Below the pieces are notes generated by a model. It saw only the letters and a list, made by a program, of their open reading frames with translations. It was not told the DNA's origin and did not search any database. A DNA stretch of 63,051 nucleotides, the filler included, from Asterionella formosa (lineage: Eukaryota), in the NCBI GenBank assembly GCA_002256025.1. It is 8 parts of 8 records of this genome, joined end to end, with 100 filler letters (N's around TTAATTAATTAA, not from the genome) between each part and the next. Parts side by side here need not be neighbours in the genome. Positions count along the whole stretch, not along the records: positions 47,404 to 55,181 come from NKIB01012389.1; positions 55,282 to 63,051 come from NKIB01012390.1; 6 more parts are not named here. One strand, written 5' to 3'. A program made the translations under genes and the position numbers. Positions within the stretch are counted from its first letter, which is position 1, and every line of letters begins with the position of its first letter. Below, one piece after another: positions 50,416 through 60,956 of this stretch.

Positions 50416-51585
50416 TCAGGTTGTGTTGAACTTCACCAAAAGATCAAGGTTGTTGCTGAGATGAATGTTTGGATTCTGGCATAATCTTCTAGTACCTGCC
50501 TTATTCAACCTCGAGTAGTGTGTGATATTGTTTTTGGTAGTTCCTAGACTGCTACCGAATAGTCCCAAGAAGTTGTCAACCTGAACATTTTCTTTCGGAG
50601 CAACAACAATTGCTTCACCTCCCGTATCTGTGATTGTGTCTTCAGACAAGTCGAGATCTTCCAACAAATAATGTTGCTTGAAAGCACCAACTAACGCAAT
50701 AGCGCCAGTGTCACTAATACAGTTCATCATGAGGCGAATATCCCTCAGGGACATGTTACTCGTGAATCCTTTCGTGATAATGGCAGCTCCGTTGTCATTC
50801 AGGTTGTTTCCCCACAAGTACAGCATGCGAAGAGACTTTGTCTTTGCTAAAAGTGAGAAAATTGAATGAGCAGCATTGCTGTCAACATGAGATCCCGTAA
50901 TCACTAGCCTCTGCAAGGTAGTGTTGTGTTCTGCATACGAGCAGATACCCACAATTTCCTCAGAACCCAATTCAGTATGCACAAGAAGCAAGTTTTTTAG
51001 GCTGCGGTTGCGAAGCAACATTCGTCCAATAGAATCTGAACATGTTGGTCCGATACTTCCTTGTTGAAGGCAAAGCTCTTCAAGGTGAGTGTTTCTCCGA
51101 AGAGCCTCCGCAATCATGACTGCGCCTTCTGATCCTATTGGGTTGTTTTTGATATGAAGGACACTAAGCTTCGTATTGCATCTCAGCATGGAGGCAAGGG
51201 AATTGATTGCGTAGGGTCCAATCTCGTTGTTTTCCAAGTGAAGCTCTTTAAGTGAATGATTCTCTTTCAGGGAGTCAAATATGGCAATGGACCCATTCCC
51301 CGTAATGCAGGTGTTGCTCAATCGCAAAACTCGGAGTTTTGTGTTCACCCGCAAAACAGAGACTAATGCAGCAGCAGTGCAAATATCAATTGAGTCTCCA
51401 TCAATCCACAATTCTTCTAAATGTTTATTTTCTCCTTGTAACGAATATAGTATGGTTCGAAAGGCATCACAGCCCAATTTCGGAATGCTCAGTCGAAGTG
51501 TCTTGATGTTCTTGGCTTCGTAAATGAGCTCAAAATGTTGAGACAACCATCTATGGTTGGGTGAGCTGCTTCGTCCCATAAACAT
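50416..51585 (-). CDS. Ribonuclease-inhibitor-like (NLRC3-like) leucine-rich repeat protein, possibly pseudogenised
   Basis: About ten 28-aa repeats of type N..L..L.L..N.IG..GA..IA.AL; C-terminal LNKAGTRRL. An upstream in-frame ATG at 51678 is separated from the ORF by a TAG at 51640-51642. Confidence 0.85.
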   Translation of the reverse strand: MFMGRSSSPNHRWLSQHFELIYEAKNIKTLRLSIPKLGCDAFRTILYSLQGENKHLEELWIDGDSIDICTAAALVSVLRVNTKLRVLRLSNTCITGNGSIAIFDSLKENHSLKELHLENNEIGPYAINSLASMLRCNTKLSVLHIKNNPIGSEGAVMIAEALRRNTHLEELCLQQGSIGPTCSDSIGRMLLRNRSLKNLLLVHTELGSEEIVGICSYAEHNTTLQRLVITGSHVDSNAAHSIFSLLAKTKSLRMLYLWGNNLNDNGAAIITKGFTSNMSLRDIRLMMNCISDTGAIALVGAFKQHYLLEDLDLSEDTITDTGGEAIVVAPKENVQVDNFLGLFGSSLGTTKNNITHYSRLNKAGTRRLCQNPNIHLSNNLDLLVKFNTT

Positions 51586-52251
51586 GATTTTGAGGACATG
51601 TGCATTTACTATTGACTTTGATCCATTAAAGAAACAATTCTACACAATGAGTTCTTCAACACTTCCATGCCATTTCATGTGGAATTCATGGCTGTTGTTC
51701 TCGTTCGTTCCTGAATCCCGCTAATCTACCAATACCAGCTATGTATATCTCATGCTGTCGGTCGTCTCTCGCCTGTGAACTTTACATAAATATTGCATGC
51801 ACCTGCTGAGCAAACAAATATGAATTATTGCATGCAGAATTTTGAAGCAAATAGCAGTATAGCAATTGTATGACATCCGTATTAGGTGTATGCGGATAAT
51901 AATGCCTATATGCAAGGTGTAGTACATAATTATCCTTTCATATACCGGTATGTAGAGTGTTACAAGTAAGGACATATCAATTTCAATGAGACACATTAAT
52001 AAGTCGTCTGACAACAAGTTATATTATATACAGGTAATATACATTTATGTAGGTATTCCGGGGAGTTGACGGTAATTCCGAAGTACGAGAAGTCACGTGT
52101 AAAAACTGTGTTTCATCTAAAATCGACCTCGTATCACGTTTTCTGAATCGCTCAAAGGCCAAAGAACGCGAAGTTGGCAAAGAACAGCAAAAGTACGCAA
52201 GAGAACATGAGGTTCGCAAAAGTTCGCAAAAGACCGCAGAAAAACGTCGTA

Positions 52252-52936
52252 CATTTGCAAGTTGCGGTAATTTTGCTGAACTTCGATTTTTTTTTTATCA
52301 GATATAAAATTGTTTTTTCAAACAAAATGACCGCATCAGGTTGCTGTACCTGCAAGCTGCGGTAATTTCAGGTTTCTGTTACCGGACAGCGACATATTTA
52401 TTATGCATATATACTTCTAAAGGACATCTTCTACCGGTATTCATGGAATGATTCTGCGAAATAAATAGCGGAATTCTTCCAATTGCAAAAATTGTATATG
52501 ACTATGACTTTCAGGAAATCATTATGACTTTCAGAAAATTCCTATGAATTTCAGGAAATGACTATGACTGTCGGGAAACTTTTGGAAATGTCAGGAATCA
52601 TAAGGAAATGCGTAAGGAAAGACCAGGAAATTCCTGAAGTCTCCAAAATTAGTTTTTTCTGGCCAAAGTGAAATACCGCAGATCCTTCGTTCTGGATCTA
52701 ACATACAAGGTACCCACCCTACAGGTAATAGTTAGGATTATTTGAAAGACCGGTAGTGGTGTTACTTACAATTATTATTATTAAATATATATATATATAT
52801 TTAGTCTGTACGGAGTAGTCTGTATGTATGGCTGGGTGCAATTTTTGGGGCCACGAGGTAGACCCATTACATAGAGGCCTAGTATTAGCAAAAACCCTGA
52901 CCCTACTACTGCATATATTTTTTTGCGCCTAAAAAC
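52252..52936. mobile_element. Second, inverted copy of the TA-TSD MITE; outer TIR missing
   Basis: TA|CATTTGCAAGTTGCGGTAATTTTGCTGAACT; 52252-52768 is the reverse complement of 49346-49867; inserted at a TA inside the GGGAGTTGACGG repeat. Confidence 0.75.
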
Positions 52937-52974
52937 CCATGTTCAAATCACATTTGTGCAGTGACATGGGAACT

Positions 52975-53529
52975 CACCCTGGAGTCTTTTCGGACAGAGA
53001 ATTATTCAGCAAAACATACCTACTCAAGACTCTAAGTCTACGAGAACGTTTTTGCACGTACTAATTCCGATTCCAATATTTCGGCGACTGTTGAAAAAAC
53101 CGATCTGGTCGACTTTTTGGAAGAGGATTGCTCTACATCTACGGATTTTCATGACGATTAAAATAGATAGCCGTGTACCCTATAACGTCAGGAGTTAACT
53201 TCTGGAGAGAAGTGGCAGTTATGTATCGTTAACTTTTTGAAAAGCTTTGTAGCCCCTTTTTTTGACTAGTTTTGCGGTAGTTACGAATCTCTGATACATA
53301 ACTGCCACTTCTCTCCAGAAATGGGGTCCTTAGCATATCTGTATATAGATCATAACCCTAAGTCGAGCAATGAAGGTATCTAAGCATATGCAAAGTGGTC
53401 GTAATGGTGAAAGCTAATTTTACCTTCAACTATTATATTTACTTGTGCGTGATGTGTGGATTGAGGTCCATCATAAAAATATTTTGGGAAAAAACAGACC
53501 TCGCAATTTGTAACTGCGGGGCCGCAACC
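52975..53529 (-). mobile_element. Truncated copy of the 1144-bp TTAA element
   Basis: Ends GGGGCCGCAACC|TTAA at 53529; reverse-aligns to ~33457-34005. Confidence 0.8.
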
Positions 53530-54170
53530 TTAAGTAAAATCAGTCAAATTCAGTCACGGCAGTATACATTGGGGGGTCCAGGACAATGAAGTATACGGGG
53601 GGGGGTATCTTGCAAACTAAGTTCAGACCGTTCGTTTACTCTGTTTAGCGGTGGCTTACAGTTCAAAAGTCTCCATAGCAGTGGCTTACAGTTTTTAACT
53701 GGTACTTGTTACCAGGACCTACCATGATAGTACCAGTAGTGTTGATGTTTTCCCTCAATTGTGATCGCCGTTAGGAATCAAGATGAACACCACGACTTAT
53801 TTTGCGAGGTTGATGATAGTATATCCTGGTATGAAATAGAATAAGAAGCCAAAGAACTGCTGTCAATCGTCTTTCACATCGCTGGACATTTGACACCAAA
53901 GTCCTGTATTTTACCTACGACCTGATAAGCAATGTACGTAGGCTCCACCGTATACCAGAGCAAGTTGCGTTAAATGAGAAATTCAACGCTGTTTTCCTGA
54001 TAGTAAAACCCCTCTTTTACAGCAACTCCGACAAGACCTGTTGAAGTACCTGTTAGGGTTGGTAGCAGGTACATGGTATACTTCGCTCACACAAGAACAC
54101 GTCCAAGATTCAAAAGTGGACTTTTGACTTTTCCCACTGAACAGTGAACACAAAAACGGAAAAAATCATC

Positions 54171-54845
54171 ATGCCAAGCACAACAATTGCTGCCATTGGA
54201 ATTCCTATTGATCGCACTATACCTGTGATTCTTCGGAATCATATTAACTTGGAGGATTGGACCGACTTTTGCGACAAGTATGATGTGATTTCAAGATCCA
54301 TGACGAAGATCTTTACGACACTTGTTTGCGGCATATTTTCAGCCTTCCTTGTGGGGGTAATCACTATAGGCGTCTCTACTTCCATAACGTCCCCTGCGTC
54401 CTTTCCTGTCGGTGTCCCTATTGGGGTTATCATTATTATTGTTTCAATGGTATCATTGCTTGTATACGCTTACAAACAAAACAGCAGAGCAATGCAAGAA
54501 ATTGCAGATCTTTGTGAGGAAGCGTCCAAAAAGCAGCCATCACTAACATTCCACGTCAGGAACTCTGTGACCCATGGTTTCCATCATGTCGGGGATGGCA
54601 ACCACGGTTCCTCCAGCAGCGTACGGTACCATATTGAAGTGTTCTTTGTGGATCCAATAACACCAGTCAGTGTTGAGACGAGGCCTTCTACAAACTATGA
54701 ACCAGAAATCGTGTATGCAACTGCCTCAGTAGATGATATTGTATTGACACCTGCTGAAAGGTTGAAAGCATTAGAAAATCTCAAACCGTATCTAACGGAA
54801 AAAGAATATGTTCAGAAACGCGAAGATATTATTGCTGTCGTCTAG
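54171..54845 (+). CDS. Two-TM membrane protein with C-terminal SHOCT-like helix pair
   Basis: Intact ORF with ATCATG start; TM helices LVCGIFSAFLVGVITIGV and VPIGVIIIIVSMVSLLVYAY; C-terminal PAERLKALENLKPYLTEKEYVQKREDII. Confidence 0.8.
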   Translation: MPSTTIAAIGIPIDRTIPVILRNHINLEDWTDFCDKYDVISRSMTKIFTTLVCGIFSAFLVGVITIGVSTSITSPASFPVGVPIGVIIIIVSMVSLLVYAYKQNSRAMQEIADLCEEASKKQPSLTFHVRNSVTHGFHHVGDGNHGSSSSVRYHIEVFFVDPITPVSVETRPSTNYEPEIVYATASVDDIVLTPAERLKALENLKPYLTEKEYVQKREDIIAVV

Positions 54846-57431
54846 ACCAGGATTTGATGAGCCCGTCTATGCCTTGACTGGCACACCCAGTACATCTACT
54901 GGAAATAAGTGCCCTCAACGTGATCAATATATATTTTGCTTTTTGATTACCAGTATTTGGTTCAGAGAGTTTCGCTTCATTCGTACACCAGAAGTGGTTG
55001 CAGGCATCAACAAACACCGTACTGTCACGAAAAATCATAGAAGAGCCCTAATGATGGTGCACTATTTAATTACATCTTTTCTAAGCCCTTATGCTGTAGT
55101 AATGATACCATTTGTAACTGCTGGTTTTACCTAAATCTTTGCTACACACCATTTGACGTTTAATCGGAGTAAGTTTGAGAANNNNNNNNNNNNNNNNNNN
55201 NNNNNNNNNNNNNNNNNNNNNNNNNTTAATTAATTAANNNNNNNNNNNNNNNNNNNNNNNNNNNNNNNNNNNNNNNNNNNNAACCAGAAACAAGAATTCC
55301 ATCTCCTCAGCATTCGTTCAGTTGTTGTTGTTCTCGATTGGACATGGCCTGATATTTGATCACAGTCATCATTTGCACGATCGAGTCGTCGCGTGGAACG
55401 CTCAGTGGTAGCGAAAGGTACTTCTTGACGTTTTCGTTCGTTGTGAGCGACCACAGCCCTTCTCGCTGCAAGCTGTCGAAGAATTTGCCACTGCATCGAT
55501 TTCGGAGTTCAATTGAGTTTTGCAGTTCTCAAGAGGTGAGCATGACAAGATCCATGTTTTTTTGGAACGTTTGCTCCAACAAAAAATGATTGACACAGCG
55601 GCTCGTAATACCGGAATGTGAATCTATGTATGATTAAGTGATGGGCTGGTGACAAAAACTTGGAGTCATGCATAATACATAAGTGAAAACAGAGCCGAAG
55701 ATCCACACAAATTTTTTCTTATGTAGCGATGTGCCACATCCATCGGCGGCAACAACACAATTCTGGCACGACTGCTTGGCTAGAGTACCGGTAACGGTAC
55801 CTGGTACCAGTACTACAAACAACTCCATGTCTACTTAAAACATAACGATACCTGGTACCAGTAGTCTATAGTTCCGGTAGACTAAGCGAAGATCGGACGA
55901 TCATTTCAATCGTTTGAAATTTCTTTTTTGGGCTTCCACCAATGTAATAACAAGTGGTCCGGTATACTTATGTAATTTGTGGCCCTGCGTAGGTAGTTCC
56001 TGGTACGCGTTACCAGGTACTCCCTCTGTCTAGAAACAGTTGCATCGATTCGCCGGCACCACCAGTGTCTTGACTGTTCGCATATGAAGGATTATGTAGC
56101 CAACATACAAAATTTCTACGTGAGTGTCCGCTTACTCGAAAAAATGCGTTTTTAATGAGTTACATAGACGTCAACATATACCGGTACTCGGTTTCTGTTA
56201 TTAAAATTTTAGCATGTAAATATATTATTCCAAACCAATTCAACATACGCATATTCATTGCAAGCATCTACATATGCTGTTTCACATCGGCCGGCCAGTC
56301 AAATATTTGCGGAAAACAAAATACAACAAGCCACTATCATAATTATAACATGAATAGAATAATTGTCGTTCTGTATACTTTCTACGGTTGTTGCACCTAC
56401 ATGGACCCTGCCACCGGATGTTTAATGGTTACAATCCTCAGAACGAGCATACCGTCGTTTTCTTCCTTCCCATCATCGCCACTTTCGTGGTTGCACATTC
56501 CATAATTGAACGCAAGTTGCAGTTGTTCTACTGTTATATCGTACTTTGTACGTATGTTGAGACTAGATGGTTCGAAGAAAAATGGGTCCTCATGATGCAT
56601 CTGCATTTTGCTCGAGATAGCTAAAAGTGAAAATCGAAAAATCCTAAAAACGTTACCAGATAACGTGCTCCCGAGTGCATGTGTTGAGTTTACTGCGTGG
56701 AGAGTACATACATTTATGTACGAAGACAACCAGGCACGGAAAGTCCAGTAAACGCTATCTTTACCTCAAAATGTGTTTTACCGGAACTTCCCGGTAACTT
56801 ATCCAAGGCAAGCAAATTACTGTAAATAAACATACCGGCATATCACCTTACAGGTAGCGGTAAAACCGGTGTATTGCGTTACCGTACCAGGTACCAGGTA
56901 CCGGTACTCGGCTTGGTATGCATCACCTGTTTTCAAGGCCTGGGAGGTACGGGAAACTCCGTACTTCCTCGATACGTGGAAAATTCCTTTTGTGTATCGT
57001 GCATAGACCTCGCTGTTTTTTTTCAAATATCTTGCAAAATTCGAATCGCGCGTTCTTCTGCGAAGTTCGCGTACGTCTTGAAAAGTACGCGCGACGACCA
57101 TTTCGTCGAATCGAGTTTGAGCTCTGATTAGGCATTAAACATCCACGGGCAATAATAACATTGTTCATCACACAGTATACCGGTGTCCGGTGTCCGGTAC
57201 CAGGTACCAGGGGGTACCGGTACCGATACCTTGTACGGAGCACCTGGTACCAGGTGGATTACCGGTACCGTATTCCGTTTCTAATCATTCAACCCTCTAC
57301 CTGTATCTACCCTAGCATCAGGTACCAGTACCAGGTACCAGTGGTACCCTGGTACCTGATACAATGAGCGTACATGTCGGCACCTTGATGTAACTTCACG
57401 TGCCGGTATCCGGATGATAATACCCGCCGCA

Positions 57432-58225
57432 AAACCTGGTGTCTCGTATCGCCCCAGATACCTGTAACCCCCCTTCGTACATCTGGCACAACACCCCCAA
57501 ATATTTTATGTCTACAGAAAAAATAACAGCATATTATTGTATTCTACCCAGTTGTTCATGTATTTACTTTTTAATTGTATTCTTACTGGTCACCAACATG
57601 AAACAACAATTAACAACAACACGAGCGATGCCAATGACATTTGCGATGGCAATATCCTTGTCCTGAGATCTATTTCAAAAGCCGAGTTTGCAACTTGCAT
57701 GCTTGTTGTGGAGTGATTATCAAGCTGAATGCTAAAGGCTCAGGCCATTCTGGCCTTGATGTTGTCGGCTTGCCGGAAGTGTTCACAGAATCATTTCGTC
57801 TGCTGCGTCATGATGCAAAAATATTTCGTGCATGTCATGATTCTGGTCAAATAATCATATAAGTGATGTGGTTGGCTTATATTAATTTCCATCACGATCC
57901 AAGTCATAGAGTCTACACAAGTTAATACTATTGTAGGATTTAGTACAAATGGTTACACACTCTAGGAATTACTATTGATGCCATCAAAAAACTCGGGCGT
58001 GCCGGTGCACCAAAAATAGAAATTCTATTGATCATAGAAACTGTTTGAACCTACAACATTATATCTTTTAATGTTGCTATTCACGTTTTAGACTACGGCA
58101 AAACCAGTGGTGAAGTTGGTTTGCTCGCAGTGTTGGATTATCGAAAAAGGTCCAATGTCTTGCACTCCCCTCTAAGTAAAATCAGTCGTGGCTGTGTACA
58201 TTGAGGGGTACGAGACACCAGGTTT
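57432..58225. mobile_element. Probable non-autonomous TIR element (~790 bp)
   Basis: 17-bp perfect inverted repeat AAACCTGGTGTCTCGTA at 57432-57448 and 58209-58225; no TSD recognised. Confidence 0.5.
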
Positions 58226-59006
58226 CATGGTATACCGGTAGTTTCAGTACCGAACGTATCCCCTACTAGCTACCTGGTATGTACTGAGTCCTGAGTATGC
58301 TCGATTTTGTGTAGATAGAAAACCATAGATCTATATAGCACGGAATTATGTTCAAGGAGTAAAATATACCGGTAATTCACAATACTGGTACATTTTTGAT
58401 ACTCGTTGTCACACCATGCTCAATGCATCGTTCTTGGTTTCAAAAAAGCAGTCATAATCCATTTGACCAGTGGATATTAATGACAAATATTTAACACACT
58501 GACGGAGATCAAACGAAAAGAACGCGAAGTTTGCAAAAGACCGCAAAAGTTCGCTAAAGACCTCAAAAGACCGCAAAAGAACGGGAAAACCCGGATATAC
58601 GACGTTTTTCTGTGTTCTTTTGCGGCCTTTTAGCAAACTTCGCGTTCTTTTGCGGTGTTTTGGGAGAAGGTGATGCGAGGTCGATTTTAGATGAAACACT
58701 GTTTTTGTACCATGATTTTTGGTAATTCAGAGTTTCCGTCAACTCCCTGGTGGCGCACGTTTTGTGCGCATTTATTCAGTTTCGACTTACTCCCAATGAC
58801 TTGTCCCATGCCTACCGGATGAGATGGTTCACCAATTAGTAATTTCTAGTCATCTAGTCGTTGTTAGCAAGTTCTAATTGTTGTCAGCAAGTTCTAATCA
58901 TTGTCAGCAGATTTCTAGCCATATGTAGTCAACAACTGAGGATCAGTAATCATAAACAAAAGAGTCATTTGAAAATGTCAATGAACTATTAATTGATATT
59001 GTTTAA

Positions 59007-60150
59007 GGTTGTGGCCCTGCAGTTACACATTGCGAGGTCTGTTTCTTTCCAAAATATTTTATGATGTACTTCAATCCACACAGTACGCACAACAAAATTA
59101 AATAGGTAAAGGCAAAATTAGCTTTCACCAATATAACCACTTTGCATATGCTTAGATACAGTAATTGCTCAGCTTTGGGGTATGATCTATTCTCAGATAT
59201 GGTAAGGACCACTTTTCTGGAGAGAAGTAGCAGGTATATCTCTATGAATTGTAATTATCCAAAAAGGGGCTGCGAAGCCTTTAAAAAATCTATGAGGGAT
59301 AACTGCCACTTCGCTCCAGAAGTGAGCTCCTGACGTTGTAGGGTACACGGCTATTCATTTTAATCTTAATGAAATCCCGTAGATGTAGAGCAATCCTCCT
59401 CCAAAAAGTCGACCCGATCGGCTTTTTCAACAGTCACCTAAATATTGGAATCGGAATTTTATGAACGAAAATGCTCTCGTGGACATTTGAGTCTTGTGTA
59501 GGTATGTTTTGCTGCATAATTCTCTGTCCGAATAGACTCCATGGTAGCTAAGTTCCTGTGTAACTTCATATATTCTGATTGGTTGAATTGAATTTACTTA
59601 CCTGTTCCAAATTGACTGGAGTATCCCGGTCTTGTAAAATCACGCCAGCCACACTTGAACCACATGTTTTACATGTACTGTGCATATACCGGTAGGTAAA
59701 TCAGCAGTTCTAATTTCATCCTCCTGTCTTCCATCGCCATGAACCATGATTATGTACTACTGGTATATCAGTACCCCGGTATTTTTTTAATAAATGCCTT
59801 CGGGCATAGAGTAATATTAAAAAATACCTACAGCAACGACGATTACATAAAGACGTATAAAAACGAGCAATTAGTGTACATATTGGCATACTCCTGATTT
59901 GCATATGTGTTTGGCGTGGAGAAAAATTATGTCTACATACAGCAATGTAGATATAACAAAGACGTTTAAATATCGTTTTTGTTTGTTTAAAATGGAACTC
60001 TATCAATCTGGCGCCGATTCCTATTTAATTCAAATACTCAAATGGACACTCGAATCATGGGAATTCATAGAAGCAAACTCCTTGTTCCATGCCATTATTA
60101 AAAGCCCAGCGACGTTTTCTCCAAAGTAGGGTTAAGCTGGGGCCACAACC
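59007..60150 (+). mobile_element. 1144-bp non-autonomous TIR element with TTAA TSD, copy 2
   Basis: TTAA|GGTTGTGGCCC...GGGCCACAACC|TTAA; same length as, and colinear with, 33457-34600. Confidence 0.88.
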
Positions 60151-60849
60151 TTAAATAGAGAATTTAAAAAACTTGGTTCGACCTACAGATTACCGTAGCG
60201 TAGCGTAGAGTGTTTCATACTGTGAAAGTGTCAAATCCGTTCGTATCACCATCGTTCTGAATTGCGCATCTATAAATTACATGAAAAATGTGCCATTGGC
60301 GGCTTCCCTTTTCGTTATCATTATAAGTGTTTATAAAATAATTCTTCAGCGATTATATTTTCTATGTTGTGCTTAATATATTTAACAAATAGCAAATCAT
60401 CCTCAATTTCATTTTTCATGGAGAATTTTGTTTTTTCGTCATGGTCAAGACTGAGACGACATGATGCAGTATTCTCCAGCCACTCACAACGACTCCACTC
60501 TAGTGTTTTATATATATGTAGAAACAAATCGCATCATCTAGGCTAAATTATTATATACTAGTGTCTACAAGGGCTACTTCTGGTAACCTAAGCATTTCAT
60601 ATATCCCAGTATCCCAGCCATAGTAAGTGATAGCATGTAATATGTATGAATTTGCAAATAAAGCAGTACCAGGTACATTGGTAGGCTGTTGCATCTGGCG
60701 TGATAATGAGTGTGACAATGTATATAGAAATAACGTTATGTATGCTCATAGATTCGGCAAGGCTATCAGGGGGTGGTGGTTGGGTCTGTTCATGTATATA
60801 TTTCACAGGTATAAGGGTCATTCAGAAAATCTATTCGTATTCGCAAGTT

Positions 60850-60956
60850 CTAGTCGTTGTCAGAAAATTCGCTCTACTAGTCGTAGTCAGCAAATTCTAG
60901 TTGTTGTGGTGCAAAGAATCCTAGTTGTTGTCAGCAAATTCTACTTATTGTCAGCG
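60850..60956. repeat. ~20-bp minisatellite (also 58853-58918)
   Basis: Unit CTAGTTGTTGTCAGCAAATT repeated 3-5 times with variation at both sites. Confidence 0.7.

Noticed and set aside
49346..52768. Pack-MULE capturing the LRR gene
   Set aside because: The left arm is part of a complete MITE with its own two TIRs and TA duplication, and no 8-11-bp TSD flanks the whole unit.
58853..60956. CRISPR-like array from the ~20-bp repeats
   Set aside because: Units are adjacent and degenerate, without unique spacers; no cas genes; eukaryotic context.
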